The position numbers and the translations under genes were made by a program. A DNA stretch of 64,000 nucleotides from Candidatus Moraniibacteriota bacterium (GTDB taxonomy: Bacteria > Patescibacteriota > Minisyncoccia > Moranbacterales > UBA1568): the NCBI GenBank assembly GCA_016699875.1, contig CP064989.1, forward strand, positions 328,788 to 392,787, read 5' to 3'. Numbering within the stretch: the first letter of the stretch is position 1; each line of letters begins with the position of its first letter. The notes beneath the pieces were generated by a model. That model had not been told where the DNA came from, did not search any database, and was given only the letters and a program-made list of their open reading frames with translations. Below, in pieces: positions 9,097 through 18,329 of the stretch.

Positions 9097-9735
9097 TTAC
9101 AAGTTCATGCATCTTCGAATGTTATCAAGAGTCACAATTTTACCATTCAAATTCGTTCCTGGATTCTTGAAAATTTTATCGTGAATGCTAGAGCACCATA
9201 AATCAGTAGGGTTGCTTTCTGTGTTGATAACACAACCGCCCACTGCTAATGCCCATTTGGCATTAAACTTTTCGATAGACTCAAAATACTTGTTCGAAAG
9301 ATAGATATCTTCCGTTTCCTTCCTATTATTCACGCTCAAGCATCTTGCGCGAGAAATATTATACCCACAACGAACCCAAACAAACACATTCGGAAATATA
9401 ATTTCCTCAATTTTCTTCTTAAGGAGATCGAAGTATGCCTCTCTTATATCAGCCAATCCCAATTCATACAGAGCGAATACGTGAGCGCTCACGGAAACAA
9501 AGCTTCTGTCCAAAAGATTGACGCCGGTTTGAAGAAAACTTTTTCGATATGTATCCACTGAGAGATACCGGTCTTGCAAGTTCAGATACTCACTTTTATA
9601 AAAGCTCCTCTGTGGGACACCGTCAATAAAAAGAGAGTGTTCATCAACAGACACGTAGCCGTAGTTATCTGAGAGAAACCGAATGAGCGTTGTCTTTCCC
9701 GTGTACACATTTCCATCGAATGAGATGACTCTCAT
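9097..9735 (-). CDS. P-loop NTPase, nucleoside/nucleotide kinase-like
   Basis: Walker A 'FDGNVYTGKTTL' at N-terminus, ~210 aa, dNK/thymidylate-kinase-like size; 4-bp overlap with upstream radical SAM gene. Confidence 0.4.
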   Translation of the reverse strand: MRVISFDGNVYTGKTTLIRFLSDNYGYVSVDEHSLFIDGVPQRSFYKSEYLNLQDRYLSVDTYRKSFLQTGVNLLDRSFVSVSAHVFALYELGLADIREAYFDLLKKKIEEIIFPNVFVWVRCGYNISRARCLSVNNRKETEDIYLSNKYFESIEKFNAKWALAVGGCVINTESNPTDLWCSSIHDKIFKNPGTNLNGKIVTLDNIRRCMNL

Positions 9736-10604
9736 AAGGCCAATTTACACTTTTTACACAAATCCGTGTAAACATCCGATCCGTTGTTATAAATAGCCTG
9801 GCGGTATTTTTTATACATCTCGGAGTTCCATATATCTTCCATAGAACTCTCCGTCACATTTCCCAGCTTGTGCTTCCATTTCCAGTCCATGCAGCAGAGA
9901 ATCACGTCTCCTCTAAAATTTATGTGCATTCGTTCCAATGGTCTTCTCTGCTCGCAGCCATAGACAAACTCCTTGTTTATGTCGTTCGAAAACCTCTCAA
10001 CATTACCACTTCTATCAAAGAATCCCCAGAATTCGAATTTGATAAATGTCTCCCTGCAGAAATCTCTCGCCAACAAAATGTCTTCTTGGGTTATTTCTGG
10101 ATAATCAACCATGACAAGCGACACCTGTCCTATGTTCGCGCGCAATTCTTTGTTTTGGGAAAGAGTATCCAAATTTTTCTTTGTTTTTTTCCAATTTAAT
10201 CCAGGCATCACTTTCCGATAAGATTCTTCTGTAAAACCGAAAACACTAAGCCGCAATTCTTTTATGGTAAAGGCTTTCAGTTTATTCTGCATTTCCTCGT
10301 TAAGCTGTGAGACATTAGTGGACACTTCTATCTCCACGCCCGGACATTTCTGGTTAATATAAGATAGCCTTTCGAATATGAGTGGATCGAGTAAAGGCTC
10401 ATTATTGAAATACGGGATGATCCGAATGCCCCAGGGATTCTTTATTTGATCAATAATCTTTTTGAAAAGATCCATAGACATAATGCCGCCCGGCAATTTT
10501 CCTGCGACATCCCTATGCGGACAAATAATACATCCGGCATTACAAGACGATATGGTTTGAATCTCTATGGCTGATGGGAACGGATTGTATGACACCTTTT
10601 TCAT
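9732..10604 (-). CDS. Radical SAM enzyme with C-terminal SPASM/twitch-like Cys cluster
   Basis: 'CNAGCIICP' CxxxCxxC motif near N-terminus; C-terminal 'CCMDW...LGNV...EDIWNS...CKKCK' auxiliary cluster region. Confidence 0.7.
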   Translation of the reverse strand: MKKVSYNPFPSAIEIQTISSCNAGCIICPHRDVAGKLPGGIMSMDLFKKIIDQIKNPWGIRIIPYFNNEPLLDPLIFERLSYINQKCPGVEIEVSTNVSQLNEEMQNKLKAFTIKELRLSVFGFTEESYRKVMPGLNWKKTKKNLDTLSQNKELRANIGQVSLVMVDYPEITQEDILLARDFCRETFIKFEFWGFFDRSGNVERFSNDINKEFVYGCEQRRPLERMHINFRGDVILCCMDWKWKHKLGNVTESSMEDIWNSEMYKKYRQAIYNNGSDVYTDLCKKCKLAL

Positions 10605-10610
10605 AGAGGC

Positions 10611-12167
10611 TCATCTAGTTCTCTCGAGACCCGAATAAATCTGGGAAAGAATATCATCCCTGCCTAATCGTGAAACGCCGTTTATAAAGGTAAAATATTC
10701 AATCTTCAGTTTGAAAAATTTTTCAGAAAATTTTTCAGTGAAATCTTTTTGGAAGCAATCATTCATTGAGTCACCTTTCCCTACTTTAGCAATCAAGGAG
10801 GAGAGAAAAACATAAATACTATCCATTAGCTCTTTCTGAGAAAGACAGAATCTTTGATGCTCAAGGCTAAGTTCCTCGCCCAGATGGATATTTTCTTTCT
10901 GAATTAGACCATATAGAATACCCATCGTTGTACAATAATATTCAAACTCGTAAGCAATTCCTCCAAAATTCCCACTAAAAATACTCTTAGCTTTCTCAAA
11001 GAGCCTCCCGACATCGTCATTCAAAAATCTGTAGCCATATGTTATATCTCGGTAGCGCGCTTCAGTACTTATAAGACCACCCTCAAGGAGTTTCTTATGC
11101 ATAAAAGATCCGGGTATCACACGAACTGGTTCAAGTATCACGCCTAATCTGAATAATTTCCCTATTTTGTACAAATATTCTAGATTCATTTGGATGTCAT
11201 CAAGCGTCGAAAATGGCTCAAAGGTTATATATCCAATATGAACATTAACATTCAATCGATTCAGCTTCTCCCGAATCTCAATAAATGAATCTTTTTTAAT
11301 TGGTTTCCTAAATAAAATCTGCGATTTTTCCGAAGCGTTCTCCACACCAAGAAAAACCCTAACAAGACCAGCATCTGCCAGTGCATTTAACACTTCATCA
11401 TGAATAAATGGGTTACATCGTAAATATACATACATTCTTATATCAAGCTTTCGTCTTTTTATTTCCGAACAAAATTTCAAAATGCGATCATTATCTCTTC
11501 CAGACGCCCAAAAAACACTATCATTGAAGATGAAAAGCTTTTTCCCAATTTCCTTGTTTAGGAGCTCCATTTCATCTACAACTTTAACCGGGTCTCGAAA
11601 ATCCATTACTGCTACAGTTTTCTCTTTACGGGTTGCAAGCGGTATATGACAGAATGAACAATTATAGATACAACCTCGAGAAGCTTCTATATTTATATAA
11701 CTTCCTAGCTCTTCTTTCTCCACATCCCTTGCTGGAAATGGCAATTGATTAAGCAGAATATATGCTTCACTCGGCACATATTCCACGATTGATTGATTTT
11801 CCCGCCAAATCCCCCCTTTACATTCTTTTATTGATACGTTTCGTTGAATCATTTCAAGCAACTTCCCAGCAACACTCTCAACCTGATCAATGATGATTCC
11901 ATCTAACCATTCATTTTCCTCCAGCATGGATTTTGCATTCAAAGATGCAAACGGTCCACAGAAGAAGATTTTAGACACTTCGCCACCACCTCTCATGATC
12001 TTAAATAATGGAAACATGATAGCAAAGTCTTTAAAATTTGGCTTTGCAATAATAACGAGTCTTTCATTGGAATTCTCACTCAAAATGCTTCCAAAAGAAT
12101 GGAAATTTTCCTTTTCCAAAAGGCATATATCAACAATGAATCCCTTACCCCTTAAAATAGGCAGCAA
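10611..12167 (-). CDS. B12-binding domain radical SAM (class B) enzyme
   Basis: N-terminal cobalamin-binding-like domain followed by 'ASRGCIYNCSFCH' radical SAM motif, ~520 aa. Confidence 0.7.
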   Translation of the reverse strand: MLPILRGKGFIVDICLLEKENFHSFGSILSENSNERLVIIAKPNFKDFAIMFPLFKIMRGGGEVSKIFFCGPFASLNAKSMLEENEWLDGIIIDQVESVAGKLLEMIQRNVSIKECKGGIWRENQSIVEYVPSEAYILLNQLPFPARDVEKEELGSYINIEASRGCIYNCSFCHIPLATRKEKTVAVMDFRDPVKVVDEMELLNKEIGKKLFIFNDSVFWASGRDNDRILKFCSEIKRRKLDIRMYVYLRCNPFIHDEVLNALADAGLVRVFLGVENASEKSQILFRKPIKKDSFIEIREKLNRLNVNVHIGYITFEPFSTLDDIQMNLEYLYKIGKLFRLGVILEPVRVIPGSFMHKKLLEGGLISTEARYRDITYGYRFLNDDVGRLFEKAKSIFSGNFGGIAYEFEYYCTTMGILYGLIQKENIHLGEELSLEHQRFCLSQKELMDSIYVFLSSLIAKVGKGDSMNDCFQKDFTEKFSEKFFKLKIEYFTFINGVSRLGRDDILSQIYSGLERTR

Positions 12168-12368
12168 GCGACCCTATCGTCAGAGACGCTCCCGATTGGG
12201 AGAATAATGATCTAAAATAAACTAGCTTTATTCTGATTGGCTTTTCCAGAAGAGCGTCTTTTTCCATAGGACAAAATATGCTAGCATTATTAGGACGTTG
12301 CATAGTAAACTGAATATTGTTTAAAGTCAATGTGATCAAGACTAGAAGAAAATATCTAAAGAAACATT

Positions 12369-12812
12369 ATGGATAAGGGACTTATCGTGCACGCACTTCT
12401 CTTCAATGAGAAGCAAGAAGTTCTGCTCATTCGGAGATCGTTGAGTGAGGATGTTTTGCCAGGCGTCTGGGATATTCCCGGGGGCACTCTCCATGATGGA
12501 GAGGATCCAGTAGAAGGTGCGATTAGAGAAACTACGGAAGAGGTTGGGCTTAATATAAAAAATCTCAGTTTATTTCACTACACATCAAACATTGATCAGA
12601 AAAAGAATAAACAGTTTATTCGCCTTATATTTATCGGTACCTGTGATAGCTTCGATGTGGTGTTAAACCCGGAAGATCATGATAAATATCAATGGGTACC
12701 AAGTAGCCATCTTCCGCAGAACATGGAACTAGTAGATTACCTTCCTGAGGTTTTCGATATATTAAAAGAAAAGAAACATCTACTGGCTAATTACTATGTT
12801 CATGCAGAATGA
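12369..12812 (+). CDS. Nudix hydrolase
   Basis: Nudix box 'GGTLHDGEDPVEGAIRETTEEVGL'. Confidence 0.75.
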   Translation: MDKGLIVHALLFNEKQEVLLIRRSLSEDVLPGVWDIPGGTLHDGEDPVEGAIRETTEEVGLNIKNLSLFHYTSNIDQKKNKQFIRLIFIGTCDSFDVVLNPEDHDKYQWVPSSHLPQNMELVDYLPEVFDILKEKKHLLANYYVHAE

Positions 12813-14163
12813 GTGTTTTGCTTTTTCTGATAGGATAGTTGAAAACTACAAAACCAAAATAACGAAAGGTTGATAACCATCCGGAAAGACCATGGAGCAT
12901 ATAAAAGAAGAAGCTTCCCGAAAGCAAATATACGAAAATTACCAGCGTACCAGTAGCATCTTTTCCCCGAAAAATGATCCAGGAAAGAAAATTCGGCACT
13001 ACCAAAAAGCATACGTATACCAAGAAGAAAGATGCCCATGTAGCTGTTGAACCTGAAATAGCGGTACAAAGAAACAAAAAAAGCAAGAATGACGGTCCCA
13101 CGATCCAATAGATAGCATGAGAAAATAACTTCAAAGAGAAAATCAAAAGACGATCCCTTTTTACAGAGGGATCATTTTTTGTTATCTGAAAATAATAGTC
13201 AAATGCCTGCAAAGGCCCGAAAAACCAACTAGCCTTCTGAAAAAACAGACTCTTTATGCTATCCGGAGAATAGGAAACATCAAAAAACGGAATCGGCTCA
13301 ATAACATACCCGTAATAATTCAGTTGCAAACCAAAAATAGCATCTTCGTTATGCATATCTTCGGAAAAACCACCGACCTCCTTGTAAATTCTCTGCGAAA
13401 AGAATAGCCCATGCCCAATGCAATAATTCATGGGAGCAAACAAGGACGGTCGCGCATTTCTCTCTTTGAATTGATCCAAAGAATGCGGAATCTCAAAACC
13501 GATGCTCCACCTATTTTGCCACAGCGACGCGGAAAGTAGGATGGATTTTCTTAAAAAATTAGATATGCGGGAAATGATCGGATAGTTCCCAAGATAATTT
13601 CCGTATTGCTGAAAAACTTGGGGAGGATTTTCTCCCATTCGGACACTACGCACAACTCGCCAGACCCAATAAAACGTCCTGCTATCCGGTCTTGAATCAG
13701 CATTGTAAAGAGCAAAATAATCCCCCGCTTTTAACTGAAAGGAGCCTCTTATAAAATTCACTGCGTAGTTCACCTGATGTGCCATCTTTCCTCCCGTATA
13801 AGGGTAGTGTACACAAATTATGTTGTCATATTTCTTCTCAAGTAACTTTGACATGGCAACAGTATCTCTTCCACTTCCCTTATAATTGAGATTATATTCC
13901 TCTTCCGTTGTCACTATTATCACTTTAGACCCATCAAATGATTGGAGGATGCTAGAAAAGTATTTTATTGTATTCTCCAGAATATCTATTTCATCAAGTA
14001 CTGGTATCAGAACAAAAAATCGAACACCGTTATTCCCATTAGCAGACGATATATTTTCAGATACATTCAACCTCAACCAGAGAACAGTTCTAAAGATTCT
14101 TAGTATCCATAATGCTGATACAAAGAGAAAGCCTATTGCAACTGCAATAAAAAATCCATTCAT
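12787..14163 (-). CDS. Processive family 2 glycosyltransferase with C-terminal multi-TM region
   Basis: GT2 fold start 'VLIPVLDEIDILENTI', 'QNRW' (QxxRW) motif of processive GT2 synthases, several C-terminal hydrophobic helices. Confidence 0.6.
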   Translation of the reverse strand: MNGFFIAVAIGFLFVSALWILRIFRTVLWLRLNVSENISSANGNNGVRFFVLIPVLDEIDILENTIKYFSSILQSFDGSKVIIVTTEEEYNLNYKGSGRDTVAMSKLLEKKYDNIICVHYPYTGGKMAHQVNYAVNFIRGSFQLKAGDYFALYNADSRPDSRTFYWVWRVVRSVRMGENPPQVFQQYGNYLGNYPIISRISNFLRKSILLSASLWQNRWSIGFEIPHSLDQFKERNARPSLFAPMNYCIGHGLFFSQRIYKEVGGFSEDMHNEDAIFGLQLNYYGYVIEPIPFFDVSYSPDSIKSLFFQKASWFFGPLQAFDYYFQITKNDPSVKRDRLLIFSLKLFSHAIYWIVGPSFLLFLFLCTAISGSTATWASFFLVYVCFLVVPNFLSWIIFRGKDATGTLVIFVYLLSGSFFFYMLHGLSGWLSTFRYFGFVVFNYPIRKSKTLILHEHSN

Positions 14164-14210
14164 AAATATCCAACTTTTTTAAAAAAGCGTTTGACCATCA
14201 CAGCCAAACG

Positions 14211-14879
14211 CTACTCATTCTCCGCAGAGCAACCAACTAGCTTGATTAGCTCTTCCACTGAAAAAAATATAATTGCTTCTCGGATCGCTTCTACCTGTGA
14301 GTCCGAGCAATGAAACAGATTCCTAATCGGATGCTCTTTAGGAATCCTATAGCTCGATCGTATCTTCCTTCTTAACTCAAGAAGCTTGTCGGTTACAGAT
14401 TCACCTGCAAGAACTATAAATAATGTCGGACTTGAACAGAAATACTCAATAAGAACAGTCTCCCATTCCGGCTCGAAAAAGTACGGGTAGAGACGAAATA
14501 GATTTGATTCCTCGATCAGCACTCTCTTCTCACCAACAATTCTCCCAATCGACTCCAGCTCTGTCCGGATAAACCCATCAAGATTCCTTTCATAGGCATC
14601 TGGTTTGATAGAACAAAATCCAAATTTTTTCAGCCTACTTAGCCTTGAATCGTCAGGAAGTGGGTCCAAAACTCCTCTCCACCATCTTTTCTCATTCCCA
14701 ACTTTGATGTATTCACCATTCTCATCCTCAAAAATAAAACCATGTGCATCTGGTCCAACATAAAGCCTTAATTTCTGGCCATCAACTCGGACTAGACAAA
14801 TTGGCCTATTCTTTGAATCAAGAATTTGATTTTTGCGAATCTCATCTTCACTAGTGGGATATGCTACTAAACCAATCAT
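14211..14879 (-). CDS. Hypothetical protein
   Basis: Long ORF co-oriented with the GT2 gene; no motif recognised. Confidence 0.3.
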   Translation of the reverse strand: MIGLVAYPTSEDEIRKNQILDSKNRPICLVRVDGQKLRLYVGPDAHGFIFEDENGEYIKVGNEKRWWRGVLDPLPDDSRLSRLKKFGFCSIKPDAYERNLDGFIRTELESIGRIVGEKRVLIEESNLFRLYPYFFEPEWETVLIEYFCSSPTLFIVLAGESVTDKLLELRRKIRSSYRIPKEHPIRNLFHCSDSQVEAIREAIIFFSVEELIKLVGCSAENE

Positions 14880-15400
14880 GCTATACCTCCCAAATAGAAT
14901 TCGAAAGAACTGATATTATCCAGATATAAACCAAAACTGGACTTTACAATATACACATATACTATGATTCCGTCAAGAGCCGTGCCAATGATAACACTAC
15001 CTCCCCATCTCCAAAAACGGATCCGCGTTACGAAACACAAACTACGCTATATTCGACGGATTATCGAACAATTTTGTCAGATTCTGACGCCATCAGGAGA
15101 ACCCCTCCTCCTTATCGCTACTAGAAAAAGAGCCCTTCCAAATACTTGGCTAGTTAGTCCGTAATCGTTTTAATGTCTAATCATCCAGCTTTTTCTTTAT
15201 GTCGATAAAAAGCACTGCTAGTTACCCGCCAAAGATCCCAACTGCGGAGGGTATTCGGATGACAGCTTAGTAATTCACACGCCTCTCTCGGAGTGTGAGA
15301 ATCTCTGGATATTCCCCAATTTTTTGATTTCTCTTTCAAGGGCATAACTTACTATAAGTTTACATAAGCAAAAGCTCTCAGTAAAGAAATACTGGATACC

Positions 15401-15428
15401 AAAAAACCACCAATTTGAGTGGTTTTTT
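15401..15428 (-). terminator. Hairpin terminator downstream of tRNA-Ser
   Basis: 'aaaaaaccac-caatttga-gtggtttttt' palindrome. Confidence 0.5.
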
Positions 15429-15479
15429 GCAGTACCCGTTACTAAGGCACTCGGGTCATCCGATACTAAATATACAGTG

Positions 15480-15566
15480 CGGAGAGGCAGGGATTCGAAC
15501 CCTGGAAGGGGTTTCCCCCTTAACACATTAGCAGTGTGCTGCTTTCAGCCGCTCAGCCACCTCTCC
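15480..15566 (-). tRNA. tRNA-Ser (anticodon GCT), long variable arm, CCA not encoded
   Basis: Reverse complement folds as GGAGAGG-acceptor, D-arm 'GCTGAGCGGCTGAAAGC', anticodon loop 'CTGCTAA', long variable arm, T-arm 'GGGTTCGAATCCC', discriminator G. Confidence 0.8.
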
Positions 15567-15954
15567 AGACTCCCACGTATTTTCAAACAACCATTCCCGG
15601 TCATTTCATGCTTCCGCGCCCATACGGTATATACGAGAGGAGCAAAAAACAAGGAATACATACACTGAGGAAGCGCCACGTGCGCCTAGGAAGAGTGTAT
15701 CATTGCCAAACGCCCTCTGGCAAGGCAATTGCCCCGAGGATATCCGACAGCGCCAAGCCTTGCATAGAAGCAAAAAGTATGCTACACTCGCGACAGTAGT
15801 AAGTTTTCTCTCAATGAGTTTCTGGCGGAATCTCTCGATAAGTCGGGAGACGTTCTAAGGGCGAGATATTCGAGCTTTTAGGGAAAGCGGGAGCAGGTAG
15901 AGGAGAAAGAAGGTCGGCTTACTCGCGTTACTCTTACCTTAGAATCTGAATTCT

Positions 15955-16266
15955 ATGGCACAGAAGCTCTACGTCGGGAACCTCTCATACGGCACCACGG
16001 ACGACGGTCTTCGAGAAGCTTTCTCGGAAGCGGGATCCGTGACGTCGGCGAGCGTTATTACCGATCGTGCCACCGGTCGTTCGAAAGGCTTCGGCTTTGT
16101 CGAAATGGCCAGTGATGCGGATGCCGAAAAAGCCATCTCCATGTGGAATGGGAAGGATCTCGATGGTCGCACCCTCGTGGTAAACGAGGCTCGTCCGTTC
16201 GAACCCCGCCCACGCCAAGGTGGAAATGAAGGCGGTTACGGTAGCAGCAACAAGCGGGACTGGTAA
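15955..16266 (+). CDS. RNA-binding protein with RRM domain and Gly-rich tail
   Basis: RNP-2 'LYVGNL', RNP-1 'KGFGFVEM' motifs. Confidence 0.85.
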   Translation: MAQKLYVGNLSYGTTDDGLREAFSEAGSVTSASVITDRATGRSKGFGFVEMASDADAEKAISMWNGKDLDGRTLVVNEARPFEPRPRQGGNEGGYGSSNKRDW

Positions 16267-16435
16267 TTCTCTCCGGCATTTGCTCTGCAAACAGAAACAC
16301 CTCTCGAACTCTCGGGAGGTGTTTTCTATCGGCCGACAATTGACACCACCCGAATACCATGTCATACTCGCCCCGATTCGTATATTCCATGCGAGCGTGT
16401 TTCTTGGAACCCATGAGAGCAACATTTAAAGAGGA

Positions 16436-16651
16436 GTGAGCGAAATGACACCTACAGAGCTCTTTGAGAAATACAGTGATCGCCTACTTGATGGCGCGAG
16501 AGGAGGTCAAGGGATTAGCTCTTGGCAAAAGGAGATTTTCAATCGAATACAGCAAAGAAATGAAGATGCGGGTGACGAGGAAGCTGTAGCGTTACTAGAA
16601 CACACTCTCGAATTTGTCGAGGAGAAAGCAACGTCTGCCGGCTTCCCGTAG
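16436..16651 (+). CDS. Hypothetical small protein
   Basis: ORF followed directly by a strong bidirectional terminator. Confidence 0.3.
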   Translation: MSEMTPTELFEKYSDRLLDGARGGQGISSWQKEIFNRIQQRNEDAGDEEAVALLEHTLEFVEEKATSAGFP

Positions 16652-16675
16652 CCACCGAGTCGCTGAAAACAAGAA

Positions 16676-16711
16676 AATGCCACTGAACCTAGCTAGGTTC
16701 AGTGGCATTTT
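16676..16711. terminator. Bidirectional rho-independent terminator between convergent genes
   Basis: perfect palindrome 'gccactgaacctag/ctaggttcagtggc' flanked by 'aaaat' and 'atttt'. Confidence 0.7.
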
Positions 16712-16726
16712 AATATACTTTCAAAT

Positions 16727-17935
16727 TCAATGCACCGTAACGGGCGTGCCGATATCGGTCCAGGTGTAGACGCGCGCGGCGGGACCGACACCGAGACGGA
16801 CACAGCCATGCGAAACCGGTGTGCCGAGATGATTCGCCCCCTCTTTGTAACCGCCCGGCCATTCGGGCAATTCGTGTATGCCATACTTCCCACTCGCAAC
16901 AAGCGCCATCCAATACGGCATATAGAGACCATATGCTTTGGACCAGGCGCGCGGCGTTTTGTTTTGGATCGTATAATTCCCCTTCGGCGTATCCATTCCT
17001 CGCTTGCCGGACGATACCATGAAGGCGTCGATCGCCTTCCCATTTTCAAAGAGCGTCATGACCTGCGTCTCCACATTGATATCGATGTACTTCCCCGCAG
17101 TCACAACGGGCACCGTATAGCGCTTCGCGTTGAGGAGTCGTGTCGGGAAATCCTTTGCTATAGTAGTCGGTTCCGGCGGAAGCGTCTCAAAGCTTCCGGT
17201 GTAGATTGTTTCAAATGAATCATCGGACGATTCTCGGTTGCGTACGCGAACCATGAGCACATATTTCACCCCCGACTGAATATCCGGTGGCAGAATACGG
17301 AATTCCTGTTTATCCGAATCAATGCCATACACAACTGCCTTTTCACCATTGAATGAGAAATCCAGAAAAGAATCCGCCGCCGGACGATCAAGACGCACCA
17401 CTACCGGATCCTCCGCACCAAGCAACGCATCCTTTGCGCCATTGCTCGGAGAAACCGATTCTACCTCCGGAGGGGCCCACGTTTCGAAAGAAAGTGTCGT
17501 TTCCGGAATCGACCCGAGCCAGACGGTTTTCCCCGTTGGCAAAGAAATCGCGTAGCGCATCCCTGACAACCACTGCTTCACCGGTTTCACCAAGAGTTTC
17601 CGATCATCATCAGTCCATTCGAAAACAACCGGCGTATCCGGTATCAAACGAACACCGTCGGTAAACCCGTCCGTATCAACCGCAGTGGGAAACGTCACTC
17701 CGAGAGAGCTCTCCGGCTTTACGCCGGCAATCATCATATCAAGCGACGGACGAGCTTCGAGAATTCGAGCATACGCGCGAAATCCATATATCCCGGCCGA
17801 TGCCAAAAAGAGCCCGATAACCAAAAGAGGTAAAACGCCCCATTTCGTCTTGCGACCCCGGCGAATCCCCAGCTGTTTCTCTCCCGATGAAAAGTTGAAA
17901 TGCATACAAAACCGAAGTGTTTCCAATAAAAACAA
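16727..17935 (-). CDS. L,D-transpeptidase (YkuD family) with N-terminal membrane anchor
   Basis: C-terminal catalytic 'HLGTPVSHGCVRL' motif. Confidence 0.7.
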   Translation of the reverse strand: MFLLETLRFCMHFNFSSGEKQLGIRRGRKTKWGVLPLLVIGLFLASAGIYGFRAYARILEARPSLDMMIAGVKPESSLGVTFPTAVDTDGFTDGVRLIPDTPVVFEWTDDDRKLLVKPVKQWLSGMRYAISLPTGKTVWLGSIPETTLSFETWAPPEVESVSPSNGAKDALLGAEDPVVVRLDRPAADSFLDFSFNGEKAVVYGIDSDKQEFRILPPDIQSGVKYVLMVRVRNRESSDDSFETIYTGSFETLPPEPTTIAKDFPTRLLNAKRYTVPVVTAGKYIDINVETQVMTLFENGKAIDAFMVSSGKRGMDTPKGNYTIQNKTPRAWSKAYGLYMPYWMALVASGKYGIHELPEWPGGYKEGANHLGTPVSHGCVRLGVGPAARVYTWTDIGTPVTVH

Positions 17936-18009
17936 TATCTCCGCCCAACGACTAACAAGGAGTCATTCCGAACAAACATCCGGAATGACTCCCGAGAGAA
18001 AGATTTTGA

Positions 18010-18255
18010 CTACATCTGCGACAAAGACGGCGCGCCCGTACTGGATTCGCATGTCCGACAATTCTTCTTGTGCGTCGCAATTTCATAGATCGCCGCCACG
18101 CCTACCAGCACATAGACCAGTCGCGACATCGCCGAATCCATCCCGCCAAAAAGAAAGTCGCCAATATCCATGCCAAATACCCCGACAAGCAGCCAATTGA
18201 TTCCCCCAACGATGAGGAGAATGAAGGCTACCATATGCACCATCTTCATACGCAT
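18010..18255 (-). CDS. Small membrane protein (DUF378-like)
   Basis: two hydrophobic helices; 'GGINWLLVG' motif. Confidence 0.45.
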   Translation of the reverse strand: MRMKMVHMVAFILLIVGGINWLLVGVFGMDIGDFLFGGMDSAMSRLVYVLVGVAAIYEIATHKKNCRTCESSTGAPSLSQM

Positions 18256-18329
18256 GCGTATAAATAATTATGCTTGCACCTACTGCAAAAATTATACCAC
18301 GAATACGCAATCCTCGGGAGAAGTGCTAT

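Noticed and set aside
9732-10604. Possibility that the small radical SAM next to a nucleotide kinase is a prokaryotic viperin (pVip)
   Set aside because: Viperins lack a SPASM/twitch-like C-terminal Cys cluster and have a conserved 'NΦHX4CX3CX2CF' context and C-terminal extension not seen here. I kept it as a generic SPASM/twitch radical SAM.
15570-15950. Searched the gap between tRNA-Ser and the RRM gene for RNase P RNA, SRP RNA, 6S or riboswitch signatures
   Set aside because: No conserved motifs (for example 'GGAAAGUCCGG' of RNase P or SRP domain IV) were seen. It is most likely the promoter/5' UTR of the RRM gene, with a -10-like 'tatgctacact'.
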